Positions 27,556-41,286 of a stretch of DNA of 64,000 nucleotides are shown here, one piece after another. The translations under genes were made by a program, and so were the position numbers. The DNA comes from Tubulanus polymorphus (Eukaryota > Animalia > Nemertea). Each line of letters starts with the position of its first letter. Positions within the stretch are counted from its first letter, which is position 1. A model generated the notes under the pieces. That model was not told where the DNA came from and searched no databases. It saw nothing but the letters and a program-made list of their open reading frames with translations. The DNA is taken from the NCBI RefSeq assembly GCF_964204645.1, contig NC_134029.1:11124850-11188849 (forward strand). Direction: 5' to 3'.

Positions 27556-27672
27556 AAACCGCAACGTTTTGACTGTTGACTAACTGCCATCTTTAGGTTG
27601 AATGTAGACATTCCAGTGATTTGAGCTTTAAGTCAGATGGCAGTCACTGAAAATCCGAACGTTGTTGCGGTT
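27556..27672. repeat. Small hairpin/MITE-like inverted repeat
   Basis: AAACCGCAACGTT..ACTGCCATCT / AGATGGCAGT..AACGTTGTTGCGGTTT. Confidence 0.5.
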
Positions 27673-30202
27673 TAATTTTGATAATTAAATGTCATCGTAT
27701 AAACTTTTATTGCAGAATTTCTTCATTTATCGGATTAGTGTTCTATTCGACTACTTTGGGTCATGTAGTCGTTTACATAGAAAATTATTACTTGTCGCCA
27801 CGGAAGGTATATGCAACCGTGTCAGTCGCTACGGGAGAGATTCTCTGTATATCGGCATCTTAAATCGGCACCTTTGTTGGTCCTAGCCTGCATTCACTTC
27901 CAATCAAACGAATTGGTAACGTTATTCTTACCATGAATGCCTTTTTGTCGTAGAATATGGTGCCACTGATATAAAATTAGTTTTTATTCTACCATAATTT
28001 GAGAAAATCAGTTATATTGGAAAAAAACTGATAAAGTACCTTAAAATTCAGCGATTCATTTTACTTCATTGGCATCTTCAAATAGAGTTTTGAGGTGCTA
28101 AGTTTATTCCTATTAAGAGGTCATTATTTTTGGCGGTCAGTGCAGTTTGTTTATTCGTTCACCAATCACTGTCTAGTTAGCCAGTGTAATTCACCTGTTG
28201 ACTGATAGCTGCTGCTGGGCTTTTGATAACCTATACAAACAATTTACTCAACAAAGTAGGAAAGCATGTGAAACTGAAATTTCAGCCTTGCATTCTTTTA
28301 CTTAGACCAGAAGAGGTTTTTTTATCAAATTGGAATAACTGATTTCAAAACTACGTGAACATCTCAACTGAATTTATTTCAGTATTTATTCAATCAATAA
28401 TGATAATTGTTAGGCTTATTCTCACTAGCATACCCTCAGTGAGTAATGGGTATTAGATTATAATATAATGCACTATTATTTTGATCTTATATTAGAAGTT
28501 GTAATATCATTTCAACCAAACTGTATAACTATGAAATTACATTTCGGTTAAGGTATCAATTCTAACAAAGCATTAAAGGGTTCAATATTCATAAACGAAC
28601 AAGCAGAGAACAGCGTGACAAAGTGAACATCACATGGATTACTTAAAAATTGATTGTATCGAAATAAACAATAATTGCAGGTTAATTCTAAGTATTTTAG
28701 ATACATTTTTGGGAAAATTTTTTGTAGTCTTTCATCCAAGTAAAGAGATCTAAAGACAAAATCCATTTCATGAACATATGATTTTATTTGTATTTTCGTC
28801 TCTCATATATCCTTGAAGACAAATGAAGCCAAATTCAAAAAAAGACAAATTCATTTCTATAGAATCAAAGATTTATGACAGTATGAATGCACCAGCATGT
28901 TTTATAATCGCAAATATAAAACAAAAATCATAAAATTCTAAATCAGATCTGGCACAATACTTGTTTTGACGGATTGAATCCATAATGATGTTATATAAAT
29001 CAATAGTTTTCCTATTGGTTATTCCCATTTTGTTGAGCGTGATATAATTTAGGGGGTTCTTAGCAACTCAGAAACTAGGATTTCTATTGACAGAACTGTA
29101 TTCAACGCATACAGAGTTCTGTATACAAAGCATATGGGGTTTAACAGTACCTTTGACCCTGTCACGTATCACTGCAAATCTTTAACAGATGTGGCTATTT
29201 TGAACAGGAAATTACTGTGCCATCTCAAAATGGTAAATTTTTCACTAGTTGACTTCTAGAAACGATGTGTTTTGAGAGTAGCTATTGTGGTAGGAGTTAC
29301 TATCACTAAGTCGCTGTTTACAATCGGTTGGTTACAGTCACATCTACTGCCAGTGTGCACTATCAAAATGCTAGCACAGTAGCACATCAGATGTTTTACA
29401 ACAGTCACTTTTCAGCAGTAGACTCTTTCAAACAGCTACTGTGGAAAACCAACTGAATTGAAAGGTAGACTATTTTGGCGTCATTTATTTGTTATTTGTG
29501 ATTACATCCAGCAGTCAAATGATTTCATTTCAATCGTTGCCTCAACTTACAATCGTCACGATTTTTTGTATATTTTTCTGTCATATCTAAAATTCGGGTC
29601 CCCAGGGCGAATCACTATTAAAGCCGTGAGACTACATCGAAGTACCGATGACGTAAGCCGAAAGCCGTTACCGCTCTCCGCAAAATACATTCGTTACCGT
29701 AATCCAACTGAATTTTTATGGAATATATGTAATGAAATTTATCAATGAATCGGTCAAATGAAACATTTTCTTTACAATATGTAAAATGTGCATGGATTCA
29801 GCGTAAATTCAAATCAGCGAAATTAATATAATAATCAACGATTCAGTGATTCAGCGAAGTTCGGAACACCCCCAAAACAATGCACATCTGACTCCAATTC
29901 TATATAAATTGTCATCCGATTCTAGAAACGTTTTCGTATCAATCATGGCAATTGCGCAATATAAGTATAAGGCTCGCACTTTAACTTCTTTTAAACCCTT
30001 AATTTGGAATGTGTACGATGTAGATTCCTAACTGTTTAAGTCATTCCTCAATGATAGGAGACTGAAACACTTTTGGATTCCTCGTTAGTCAAAACTACAA
30101 ATCAACCGACTGATATCGGACCAGCAATAACTTCAAAAACTGATCAAGTTAACTGACTGATCTTAATCTTGGATTAGTGAATACTGCAAATATAACGCAG
30201 TA

Positions 30203-30426
30203 AACCGACCGAGGTTACAATATTGTAGCCTCGGTCAGTGCATGCAGACAAATCCGCGCAAGTCAACCGACCTAGGTTACAATATTGTAGCCTCGGTCAG
30301 TGTATGCAGATAAATCCGCGCAAGTCAACCGACCTAGGTTACAATAGTGTAGCCTCGGTCAGTGTATGCAGATAAATCCGCGCAAGTCAACCGACCTAGG
30401 TTACAATATTGTAGCCTCGGTCAGTG
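30203..30426. repeat. 62-bp tandem repeat x3.6 with palindromic core
   Basis: Units start at 30204, 30266, 30328, 30390; core AGGTTACAATATTGTAGCCT. Confidence 0.9.
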
Positions 30427-30631
30427 TTCCACTGATGAATCATACATTTGCCTCAACCTAGTCTGCCAGGTTACTTATTGCTTTGTCTTTATCCTGACCC
30501 AATCGTAACCGTATTTCTTTTTTCAGCTTTACAACTGATTCCACGAATTTAATAATTCCATTTTCGAATAATAATGTGTTTTTCGTTGTTTTTATTGTGT
30601 TCGTCATTTCTGGTATTATTCCCAATAATCA

Positions 30632-32760
<2,129 letters not shown>

Positions 32761-33208
32761 GTCAAAAGCCACCCGTCAACTCGTGAATTTCACGATATAC
32801 TTTTCACGTTTCGGTTCGAGTAGTTCCGTGATTCAGTTTGCATTTATTTTACGATTCCGTGTTTTATCTTTAGATTCTGGGTTTTATGGTTCCATTCCAC
32901 GAAATGAAAACAACGTCAATGCATACATAATAAATAAATGATCCATATAGAATCCTAACACCGGCAGTCTACGAAAACAATTCAGTATGATGAAAAAGAA
33001 AACGCTACTCTGCAGTTCAAGTGGCATAATTCTTGGCCAAGCCCCCAATTTCTGTTATGGCTCCGACCGCAATAAATAGTATTGAAGACTGACCGGCAAA
33101 GTACAGACGTTTGTATGCTTTGTTTAACAGACAGCGAACTGAATTTGAGATTTGACATTTCATATAACTGAGTTACACTAAATCAAATAGTGAGGCTGAA
33201 GGCACATA

Positions 33209-33335
33209 AGTAGTTATATAGGGTCACTTTGGGACCGAGTGAGGAGTGAGGAGCAGTGAGGAGCAATGACGTCATCGCTGACGTCATGGATGACGTCATT
33301 GATTACATCATGTTGGCGGGGAAAACGTGTTTGGG
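33209..33335 (+). repeat. Left TIR of element B (three TGACGTCA sites)
   Basis: Reverse complement of 48890-49017 with few differences. Confidence 0.95.
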
Positions 33336-33489
33336 AATAACGATGATGTTAAAACAATGGGTTTATAATAGCCGAGCCATCGTATCCGATAGAACAATGA
33401 CTTTGTAATTATTTCGTATACACTAAAAAGGGCTATTGATCCGATTAACTGATTTAACACGATTCCGTATGGTTTTTAATTAATTACAA

Positions 33490-34296
<807 letters not shown>

Positions 34297-34918
34297 CGTC
34301 GTAGTCGGTAGTGGGTTAATATTAGGGTTGCACGGTCCACAGCGAGTAATAGAATGAGATAAAAAATCAAATCCTCTAAAAGCGAATTACTAACCCGTAT
34401 AATCTTATCAAACATCTTAAAATTGCCTCAATTAAGTAAATAACCCCCCATCGGTATTACTAAATTACGCCCTATTTTATTTTTCCATCCCAATTAACCC
34501 ATATAATTATAACACCTATTCAAACTATAGCGTCTCGGATGTGTCAAAATAAACCATTAGCCGTCCATTATAACCATATACATTAGGTAAAACAGTATTC
34601 TATTATAAAATAATAGTACGTAGTTATAATCATTTCGTTTATATAGCGATAAAACAGTTATTTCATCGTCTAGAAGGTTAAGAGCTATTCGCAGACGGAA
34701 ATAAGTAACCAAACCTTGTGATATGTCATCGAGTTCTCGTTGACGACAATTATCACTATCTCGGCCATAGTTTCAATCGTAACTAATTCTCCATAGTCAA
34801 TGTCAAATAATGGTAATTTACACTAAATTAGTGTCAACCAATGTCTATTACTATTAATCATATTTTCTGCTTATGAGTATATAGACCCTTGTAAACTAGT
34901 CACTTCATTCGTAAAAAA

Positions 34919-35262
34919 ATGGCTACCCAATCGATAACCATCACGGCGATCGACCAGTTTGACTGCATGGTGTGTTTAGAGACAAAATCGACAACAGTTA
35001 CATGCCCGAATCATCGGTTCGGTTATGTAACAATATATGTGTTAGCTGTTATTCAACACTGGTAAAGATGGCCGGTATACGTAGAAGGCTGACGTGCCCG
35101 TATTGTAGGAGGTTTTGGTTCGCGGGCGGTGCCTTTTTACAAGTCAGGCCGTTCGTAGGACGCGGAATGATGTTCCAACACAGCGATGTAACGGAACTAC
35201 CAAGGCCAGGAGTAGGCGCTCGGCCCACACTAGATGCCCGTGCTGAAGATAGACCCGGAATA

Positions 35263-35327
<65 letters not shown>

Positions 35328-35334
35328 AGAATAG
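34919..35334 (+). pseudogene. RING-finger protein with C-terminal RG repeats (one frameshift)
   Basis: ATG 34919 gives CMVCLE...CPNH; the adjacent frame gives C..ICVSC...CPYCR and (GR)n encoded by (GGTCGT)n. Confidence 0.6.
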
Positions 35335-35498
35335 TAACTTGGTGAACGAAACTAAGAACAAACCAATTAAAACGGCCTTTATCAAGGCCAACCTAAATTT
35401 CTCAGAAAGAGTCAGTGTATGAACCGCCAAGCTCCTCGCTTATATGCTTATATCATCAGTTCTTATAAGGACTTCATAAGTTCTTATAAGGACTCTAC

Positions 35499-35645
35499 AG
35501 AGAGAGAGAGAGAGAGGGAGGGAGGGAGGGAGGGAGGGAGGGAGGGAGGGAGGGAGGGAGGGAGGGAGGGAGGGAGGGAGGGAGGGAGGGAGGGAGGGAG
35601 GGAGGGAGGGAGGGAGGGAGGGAGGGAGGGAGGGAGGGAGGGAGG

Positions 35646-35670
<25 letters not shown>
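35499..35670. repeat. (GA)n/(GGGA)n purine microsatellite
   Basis: Read directly. Confidence 0.97.
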
Positions 35671-35677
<7 letters not shown>

Positions 35678-35705
35678 TTTTTTTATTTATATATTTCACT
35701 ATTTT

Positions 35706-36173
35706 TTATTTTACTAATTTGAAATATTTTACGATGAAATTTTTTACAATATAGTCGTTATCATTAGTTTTATTTGACAATAATTTTTTAATTTCGTCTA
35801 TTTCAAAACCGTGACATAGGTAAATTTGTACAAATATCGCGTAATAACCACATACATCGGATAATACGTTTTGATACATTTTAGTATTATATTTCCAATC
35901 TATACAATTTTCGTCCAGAAAATTTTCTAATATTACATCGTAAGTTCTGGGAAATTGTCCAAAGGAATCGAAAAAGTAACCGATACCAAACTTATTGATA
36001 TAAATGCTTAACCAATGTTCACCCGGTTGATCGTGATAATCGGTATTTACTATAAAACCAGCTGGATAACTATGTATATCGGGTAGTCGGTCGCACGGAA
36101 AAACGCCTAAAAAACACGATCGTAGACACTCGTCTTTTTTCATAAATTCTAAAATCTGATTCGTGTACAACAT
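35706..36173 (-). CDS. Adenain-like cysteine maturation protease
   Basis: VNTD....PGEHW, FFDSFG and YQ.....CG catalytic His/Asp/Cys motifs. Confidence 0.93.
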   Translation of the reverse strand: MLYTNQILEFMKKDECLRSCFLGVFPCDRLPDIHSYPAGFIVNTDYHDQPGEHWLSIYINKFGIGYFFDSFGQFPRTYDVILENFLDENCIDWKYNTKMYQNVLSDVCGYYAIFVQIYLCHGFEIDEIKKLLSNKTNDNDYIVKNFIVKYFKLVK

Positions 36174-36178
36174 AGTTA

Positions 36179-37489
36179 CTAATAATCAATTTCGATATGA
36201 CGTTCTTTAGTTACTTGTAATAATTCGTCGAAAACGGCGTAAACGATTAAATTGACGTTGTGGGGTAAAGCTTCGTCAAATCTCATTTCAATTTTTAACG
36301 AACCCCTTTTAATAAGTGACAAGTGCGGTTGATCACCGTATTCGGGCGATATATTAAAACAACAAATAAAGTTGCCGTTTTTAAAATGTTCTCGTTTAAT
36401 TCCTATACCCTCATTTTTATACAATAGACCCCTAGCTAAATATAAACTATGATACACTTCACATCCATCACCGCGGGAGTCTATAATTAACGGCGAATTT
36501 TGTACGTGATTGTTATCGACACTAACACCTACATAACTCAATGAAAAGTCTCGGAAATCAAAGGGATTTTTTCGTATATTCCCGCTCAACGCATCGTCGT
36601 CTACGAGCGCTAAAACGATAGCCTTTGGAATTTCACCCACAAAAACGGAATCCTTTACGATCGTTCTATGGCCTCTAGGAATATTCAATGAAGTTAATTC
36701 GGTTCTTGAAAAGTAGTATTTAGCCGTGTTTTTTTCTAATGCCTTTGCGTGCGCAACCAAAACCGAGCTATCTAATTCTAGTTTTCGCAAATAAAGTTGA
36801 GCGCTTTCTATTCTTATACGAAAATCAGCGTTTTCCGCGGGAGAAAGTAAAACGAAACTTTCCTTCGATCTATTCAGTTTAATTTGCATATCTGTATTGT
36901 TGATGAAAATTTTATTCATTCTCATTACATCGCAGTATAATCGAGAATAAGCGCAGATTAGTTTACTGTTTTTTGTGTAATTATTTCTTCTAACCAGCCC
37001 GGTATTAGCACCGGCTATCGTCGGGTCGATATGATTTTTCTTGCCAGCCTCATCTTCAGTGTATAATTCGCATTGTAGCCAACTGCTATTTTTAGTTTCG
37101 GAATTATAGTTCAGCATATTTTCCAACTCACATTTAAACGGGTACAATCCGCCGTCGTGCGTAACGACGCGATCATTGAGCGTAATTTGAACGTCGCTAA
37201 ATAAACTGTAGACGCCATTAATCATCGACACGTATTTATCGGGCGCCACATTAGTGCCATCACCGTTGACTATTTTAAATTGTAGTTTCAAATAAGTGAC
37301 GTTTAAATCTAAATATTGTTCTGTTTTCGGTATCCTGAAGACGATAGGTCCCGAATCATTGATCGATGTAGAGGGTTCGTAACTAACGTAACGGCATTCT
37401 TTGTAGTTTATCTGGGTACCGGGGATAGTAAACAAATCCAATTCGGATTTGACACACAGGGGCGAGTCTTTGTGTACTAATAACGACAT
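36179..37489 (-). CDS. Major capsid protein (hexon-like double jelly-roll)
   Basis: KSELDLF..P.TQ, GPI.F.I, SLFS.V, NPF.F, G.L.IE.RF..AL; intact 436 aa. Confidence 0.92.
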   Translation of the reverse strand: MSLLVHKDSPLCVKSELDLFTIPGTQINYKECRYVSYEPSTSINDSGPIVFRIPKTEQYLDLNVTYLKLQFKIVNGDGTNVAPDKYVSMINGVYSLFSDVQITLNDRVVTHDGGLYPFKCELENMLNYNSETKNSSWLQCELYTEDEAGKKNHIDPTIAGANTGLVRRNNYTKNSKLICAYSRLYCDVMRMNKIFINNTDMQIKLNRSKESFVLLSPAENADFRIRIESAQLYLRKLELDSSVLVAHAKALEKNTAKYYFSRTELTSLNIPRGHRTIVKDSVFVGEIPKAIVLALVDDDALSGNIRKNPFDFRDFSLSYVGVSVDNNHVQNSPLIIDSRGDGCEVYHSLYLARGLLYKNEGIGIKREHFKNGNFICCFNISPEYGDQPHLSLIKRGSLKIEMRFDEALPHNVNLIVYAVFDELLQVTKERHIEIDY

Positions 37490-37494
37490 CTTGT

Positions 37495-37902
37495 CTAATA
37501 CGCTTCGCCGCTAACACTTCTCTTTATACGTTTGCCTGTGGAAATAATCCGCTGTTTTCGTTTTCTCTTTTGACCTTTTAATGGTTTTGTACCGGTTCGC
37601 ACTTTACCCCGGATAATACGACCCATTGTTTCTAATCCGCGATCTTTAATGGCTGTGGCAAAATTCTTACCACCTACGACATCGCTCGCAACGTGCAAAC
37701 CCGTTCTTAGTAAATGAGGCACCGCTCGTTTAGCCATATTTTTCAATAGGGGTATCGCCGGTCGAGCGAGACCGCCTAAAACAGAAGCAAATCCAGCACC
37801 GCCTTGTATAGGCGATGATGTGTACACGTCGACTCCGGCACCGCTTTGATTTGCGTAATATCTACAACAGACATCGTGATCTATTTCGCAAATAGCCCTC
37901 AT
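37495..37902 (-). CDS. Basic virion core/membrane-active precursor protein
   Basis: YY..QSGAG, IQGG|AG adenain-type site, amphipathic GFASVLGGLAR helix, Arg/Lys tail. Confidence 0.75.
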   Translation of the reverse strand: MRAICEIDHDVCCRYYANQSGAGVDVYTSSPIQGGAGFASVLGGLARPAIPLLKNMAKRAVPHLLRTGLHVASDVVGGKNFATAIKDRGLETMGRIIRGKVRTGTKPLKGQKRKRKQRIISTGKRIKRSVSGEAY

Positions 37903-38726
37903 ATTAATATATTTTTCTTTTTAAAATGTAAAACAAGATTAACTTTTCCTTTTTTAAAAACAGATATTTTACCCGATTCTCTTCTTATAAAGACTTCTAT
38001 AGTCTGAAAATTACTCCTTTGCACTGGAAAATATTGTAATTTGTTAAACTCTTTTCCAATAACCTTTCCAAAATTTATCGTGTTTAAATGTACCATACGC
38101 AAAAGATTTGCGCTCTGATCGCCGACTAGTTGGGGTTCTATAACATCGCTATATATCATCAAATTATGATAGTCGACGTTTATATCAACACATCTAGACG
38201 CTGTGACTTCGATGTATTTGTAAATAGTTTTGGTACCATTACTATCTACAAATGGTCCATTTTTCTTCGAACCCTGACGAAGGTCGTTAGGTATATCGTT
38301 TACCGGTATACCAGATTTGAAGCCTAAAATCCACGCTATATCGTTCGTAAAAGTTAACGAACACTCGTCGTAAAACTTCACATTAACTTTATGACTTAAT
38401 TCGTCGAAACCTATAATTACTTTATCGTAAAACCACTTGTTGATTTCCGTTTGTATAACGGTGATTAATTGCGCAATAGTGTGATATCGACCCTTCGGTA
38501 TACGTAAGTATTGTTTTCCATGCTCCGGTGACGCCAATTCAAATCGTCCATCTTCGACGTTATCGAAATCTAGCATAAAGTTTATTTGGTGCAAGGCGCA
38601 AACCCATTTACCCTCGAGCGAAATCGATTCTCTCAATCGAACTTTGAAACTATGTTGAATGTTATCGGGGTAAAGATCAACGCTTGCGTCGCTTTTGAGA
38701 TACACGTAAAAATCACTACCAATCAT
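37899..38726 (-). CDS. Minor capsid protein (penton)
   Basis: FYVYL.SD.S...YP.N...F...L...I.L.G.W..AL, IYSD..EPQ.VGD....LLR, LVLHF. Confidence 0.9.
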   Translation of the reverse strand: MIGSDFYVYLKSDASVDLYPDNIQHSFKVRLRESISLEGKWVCALHQINFMLDFDNVEDGRFELASPEHGKQYLRIPKGRYHTIAQLITVIQTEINKWFYDKVIIGFDELSHKVNVKFYDECSLTFTNDIAWILGFKSGIPVNDIPNDLRQGSKKNGPFVDSNGTKTIYKYIEVTASRCVDINVDYHNLMIYSDVIEPQLVGDQSANLLRMVHLNTINFGKVIGKEFNKLQYFPVQRSNFQTIEVFIRRESGKISVFKKGKVNLVLHFKKKNILI

Positions 38727-39805
38727 TTCAGTTTTTTAATATCTTTTGCGTTTACCCAGGAATTAAATTTATCAGCGTAATTATACCACTTCACCAAATA
38801 TTGTTTTCTCGAACCCTTTCCACGGGATTTAATGATCGATTCGACTTTATAAACATCATCCCTTTTATTGACTTTTATCATTTCGTATTCGTAAAAAACG
38901 CCATCTATTTCAACATCTTGTAAATCTTTAATCTTGTATACACACGGTTGGCGATTAATTCTTTTAGTTACAACAAACAACTCTGTACTCCAACCGGGTA
39001 AATAACCTTTTTGGAACTGTCCTTTTAGTTCGCTTATTCTAACAGTATCACCCACTCGAAATTTGAATTTCGCTCTATTTACTATGCGGTGGGGTCCGTA
39101 TAGGTTTTTGAAAACTATGTATTCGTTTAACTGGTTAACGTCTATTGGAGCCATTTTTATACTGCGGTGATATGTATTGTTATATGATCGAACTATATCG
39201 TCCAGTACATCGATGTATCTATACGAATGTCTATGCGAGAATATTTTATACATTTTTGATTTTAATGTACGTATCCATCGTTCGACAATAGCGCATTTTA
39301 CTTCGTTTTTACTTCTGAAAAAACTTATACCCTCGTTTCTGAGAAAATTCTGTGTTTTTGAACCGAGGAACTCGGTCCCGGCGTCAGATTGTATAACGCT
39401 AGGTTTTCTATGTTTAATTATCTTTTTCAATCCTTCCACAACTGTCGAGTTGAATTTATTCAACAAAGGAACGGCGAAACCGTATCTCGATAAAACATCT
39501 ATAGCCGTCAATAGAAACTTGATACCGTCGTTGTGTTTGGAAATATTTGAAACGTCGCACAAATCTATTTGAAACTGTTCGTTCATTCGATAGGATATTG
39601 TTTTATTTCTGGGAAACCTTTTCCTCACTTTGGCGTGTAATGTGTAAACTTCTTGTTCGGATAGCCAATCCTTTATCTCATTAAGCGAAATGTTTTTATT
39701 TTCTTGCCGACATATTCTGTGTAGAGCGTTTGCGCTCGAAAAACTGGCTGGTTTTTCGATACCATAATACTGATTGGCTAGGAATTTTTTCAGCTCCGCC
39801 TTCAT
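38723..39805 (-). CDS. Retroviral-like (rve) integrase with C-terminal chromodomain
   Basis: FQIDLCD, IDVLSRY, QSDAGTEF, AIVERWIRTLK, YLVKW..Y...NSWV. Confidence 0.95.
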   Translation of the reverse strand: MKAELKKFLANQYYGIEKPASFSSANALHRICRQENKNISLNEIKDWLSEQEVYTLHAKVRKRFPRNKTISYRMNEQFQIDLCDVSNISKHNDGIKFLLTAIDVLSRYGFAVPLLNKFNSTVVEGLKKIIKHRKPSVIQSDAGTEFLGSKTQNFLRNEGISFFRSKNEVKCAIVERWIRTLKSKMYKIFSHRHSYRYIDVLDDIVRSYNNTYHRSIKMAPIDVNQLNEYIVFKNLYGPHRIVNRAKFKFRVGDTVRISELKGQFQKGYLPGWSTELFVVTKRINRQPCVYKIKDLQDVEIDGVFYEYEMIKVNKRDDVYKVESIIKSRGKGSRKQYLVKWYNYADKFNSWVNAKDIKKLK

Positions 39806-39974
39806 TGATAACGGTATTTCCGTTACAACACGTGCTCACGCAGTTAATTCGATTGAATTTACAAATAAAACTTGGATCGTCTCGGTCCAAACAACAACAA
39901 CAAAACAATTTTCGCCAATTCATCTTTATTTTTACAATAAAATATTTGTGATAACACGCCTTTTATTAATTTAT

Positions 39975-40502
39975 TCATTTAGAACATAAGATGATGTAGA
40001 ATAAAATTTCTTCGTACGCTTTTTGTAGTTCTTTTGTTTGTTTTGCGCCGGCTAGTATTATGGTTCCGCCATTATGAACAATACATTTAACTCCATTTTC
40101 GCACATATACACTAAACCGGGGAATATTTCTGTGTTATATTCCGCTGTACAACAATAGTTCGAAAATTTCATCAAGTCAATATGCCGACCAGTTCTAACG
40201 ACACCGGTTATTGTTTGTATTTTGTAGTTGTTTAACTTCACGTTGTATCCCATCTTTTGCAGTAAACGCGCAAATTGTCTCGTACTCCGTCGACTATTAG
40301 ATTTACTTTTACACCCAGTAATTACCATCTTTCCATTGCCGAATAATAGACAATTACCTTCTATTTTACGATTCTTCCATATTAACCCGCTAAACTTGGA
40401 AGGGTTGTAAATTACATCGTGCGAGATTCTAGCGACATCGGTAAGATTTAATGAACTATTCAAACACGCCGTAGAGACGATGTTCACCACGTTAACGACC
40501 AT
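39975..40502 (-). CDS. TBP: TATA-binding protein homolog (core only)
   Basis: VNIVST, YNPSKFSGLIW, LLFGNGKMVITG.KS, FARLLQKMGY, YKIQ, YNTEIFPGLVY, IILAGAK: both TBP repeats present. Confidence 0.9.
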   Translation of the reverse strand: MVVNVVNIVSTACLNSSLNLTDVARISHDVIYNPSKFSGLIWKNRKIEGNCLLFGNGKMVITGCKSKSNSRRSTRQFARLLQKMGYNVKLNNYKIQTITGVVRTGRHIDLMKFSNYCCTAEYNTEIFPGLVYMCENGVKCIVHNGGTIILAGAKQTKELQKAYEEILFYIILCSK

Positions 40503-40599
40503 CGTATCAAATGGAAATCAAAACGTGCCCGAACACGTTCAGTTGCGCAATAATACTACGAACAATTGAACAATACATTTTAATTGCATTTTGAAGCCA

Positions 40600-41286
40600 T
40601 TAAAAGCTAAGCCAATTGGTGAAATCGACATTCCTAGCTCGCTTACTACGCAGTCCGGAACCGCGCTGATCTACTTTTGCCTTCTTTTTTACTGGAGACA
40701 ACGACGCATCTAAATCTACGGTAAGTTCGCCTTTGAGCCGTCTCTTTAACATTTTATTATTTATTAGGCTAGTAGGAATATTAAGTTCGTTTATCGCTGA
40801 CATATAATCTTCTAATCCAATATAGCTTTGGTTTAATGTAGTTAATACTAACGAAACGTAAACGAGGTCAGAAATATTGCTTCCAGGAATTAAATTATTC
40901 TTGTAGATTATTTCTCCTTTTTCGTTCCATCTCAAAACGTTTGGATTTGCTGTGAAAAATGTCAATAACGATTTACACTTATTCCGGAATTTAACCGGTA
41001 TACGTTCGACAATTTTTTCAGTCGAATAAGTATTATTAACGACGTTGATATCTTCAATTTTTCGAGGTAGTGATTGTTTATCGTGCTCCGTTTTTTGTAT
41101 AGCTTGCTGCAGCAACAGGTTATATTTTAGATATTTCAAATCATCGGATAGGTTGTTATCGTTTAACGGATTTCCGGTAACTGGTTTTTTAGTTATAGAT
41201 TCATTTCCCTGTAGACTAGCTACGAATGCTTGTACTTGCGGTAACATTGCTTCCGGTAGAATAACCAATTTCTCTACGTTCTTCAT
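40600..41286 (-). CDS. Conserved Polinton protein (PZ-like)
   Basis: WN.KGE......IPGSNI.DL motif; C-terminal basic stretch, QRGSG and terminal W. Confidence 0.75.
   Translation of the reverse strand: MKNVEKLVILPEAMLPQVQAFVASLQGNESITKKPVTGNPLNDNNLSDDLKYLKYNLLLQQAIQKTEHDKQSLPRKIEDINVVNNTYSTEKIVERIPVKFRNKCKSLLTFFTANPNVLRWNEKGEIIYKNNLIPGSNISDLVYVSLVLTTLNQSYIGLEDYMSAINELNIPTSLINNKMLKRRLKGELTVDLDASLSPVKKKAKVDQRGSGLRSKRARNVDFTNWLSF

Noticed and set aside
30203-30426. CRISPR-like array of palindromic repeats
   Set aside because: Spacers are essentially identical, there are no cas genes and the context is eukaryotic: a simple 62-bp tandem repeat.
35230-35754. Poly-T, REGG and PPSL repeat ORFs
   Set aside because: Artefacts of (GGTCGT)n and (GGGA)n.
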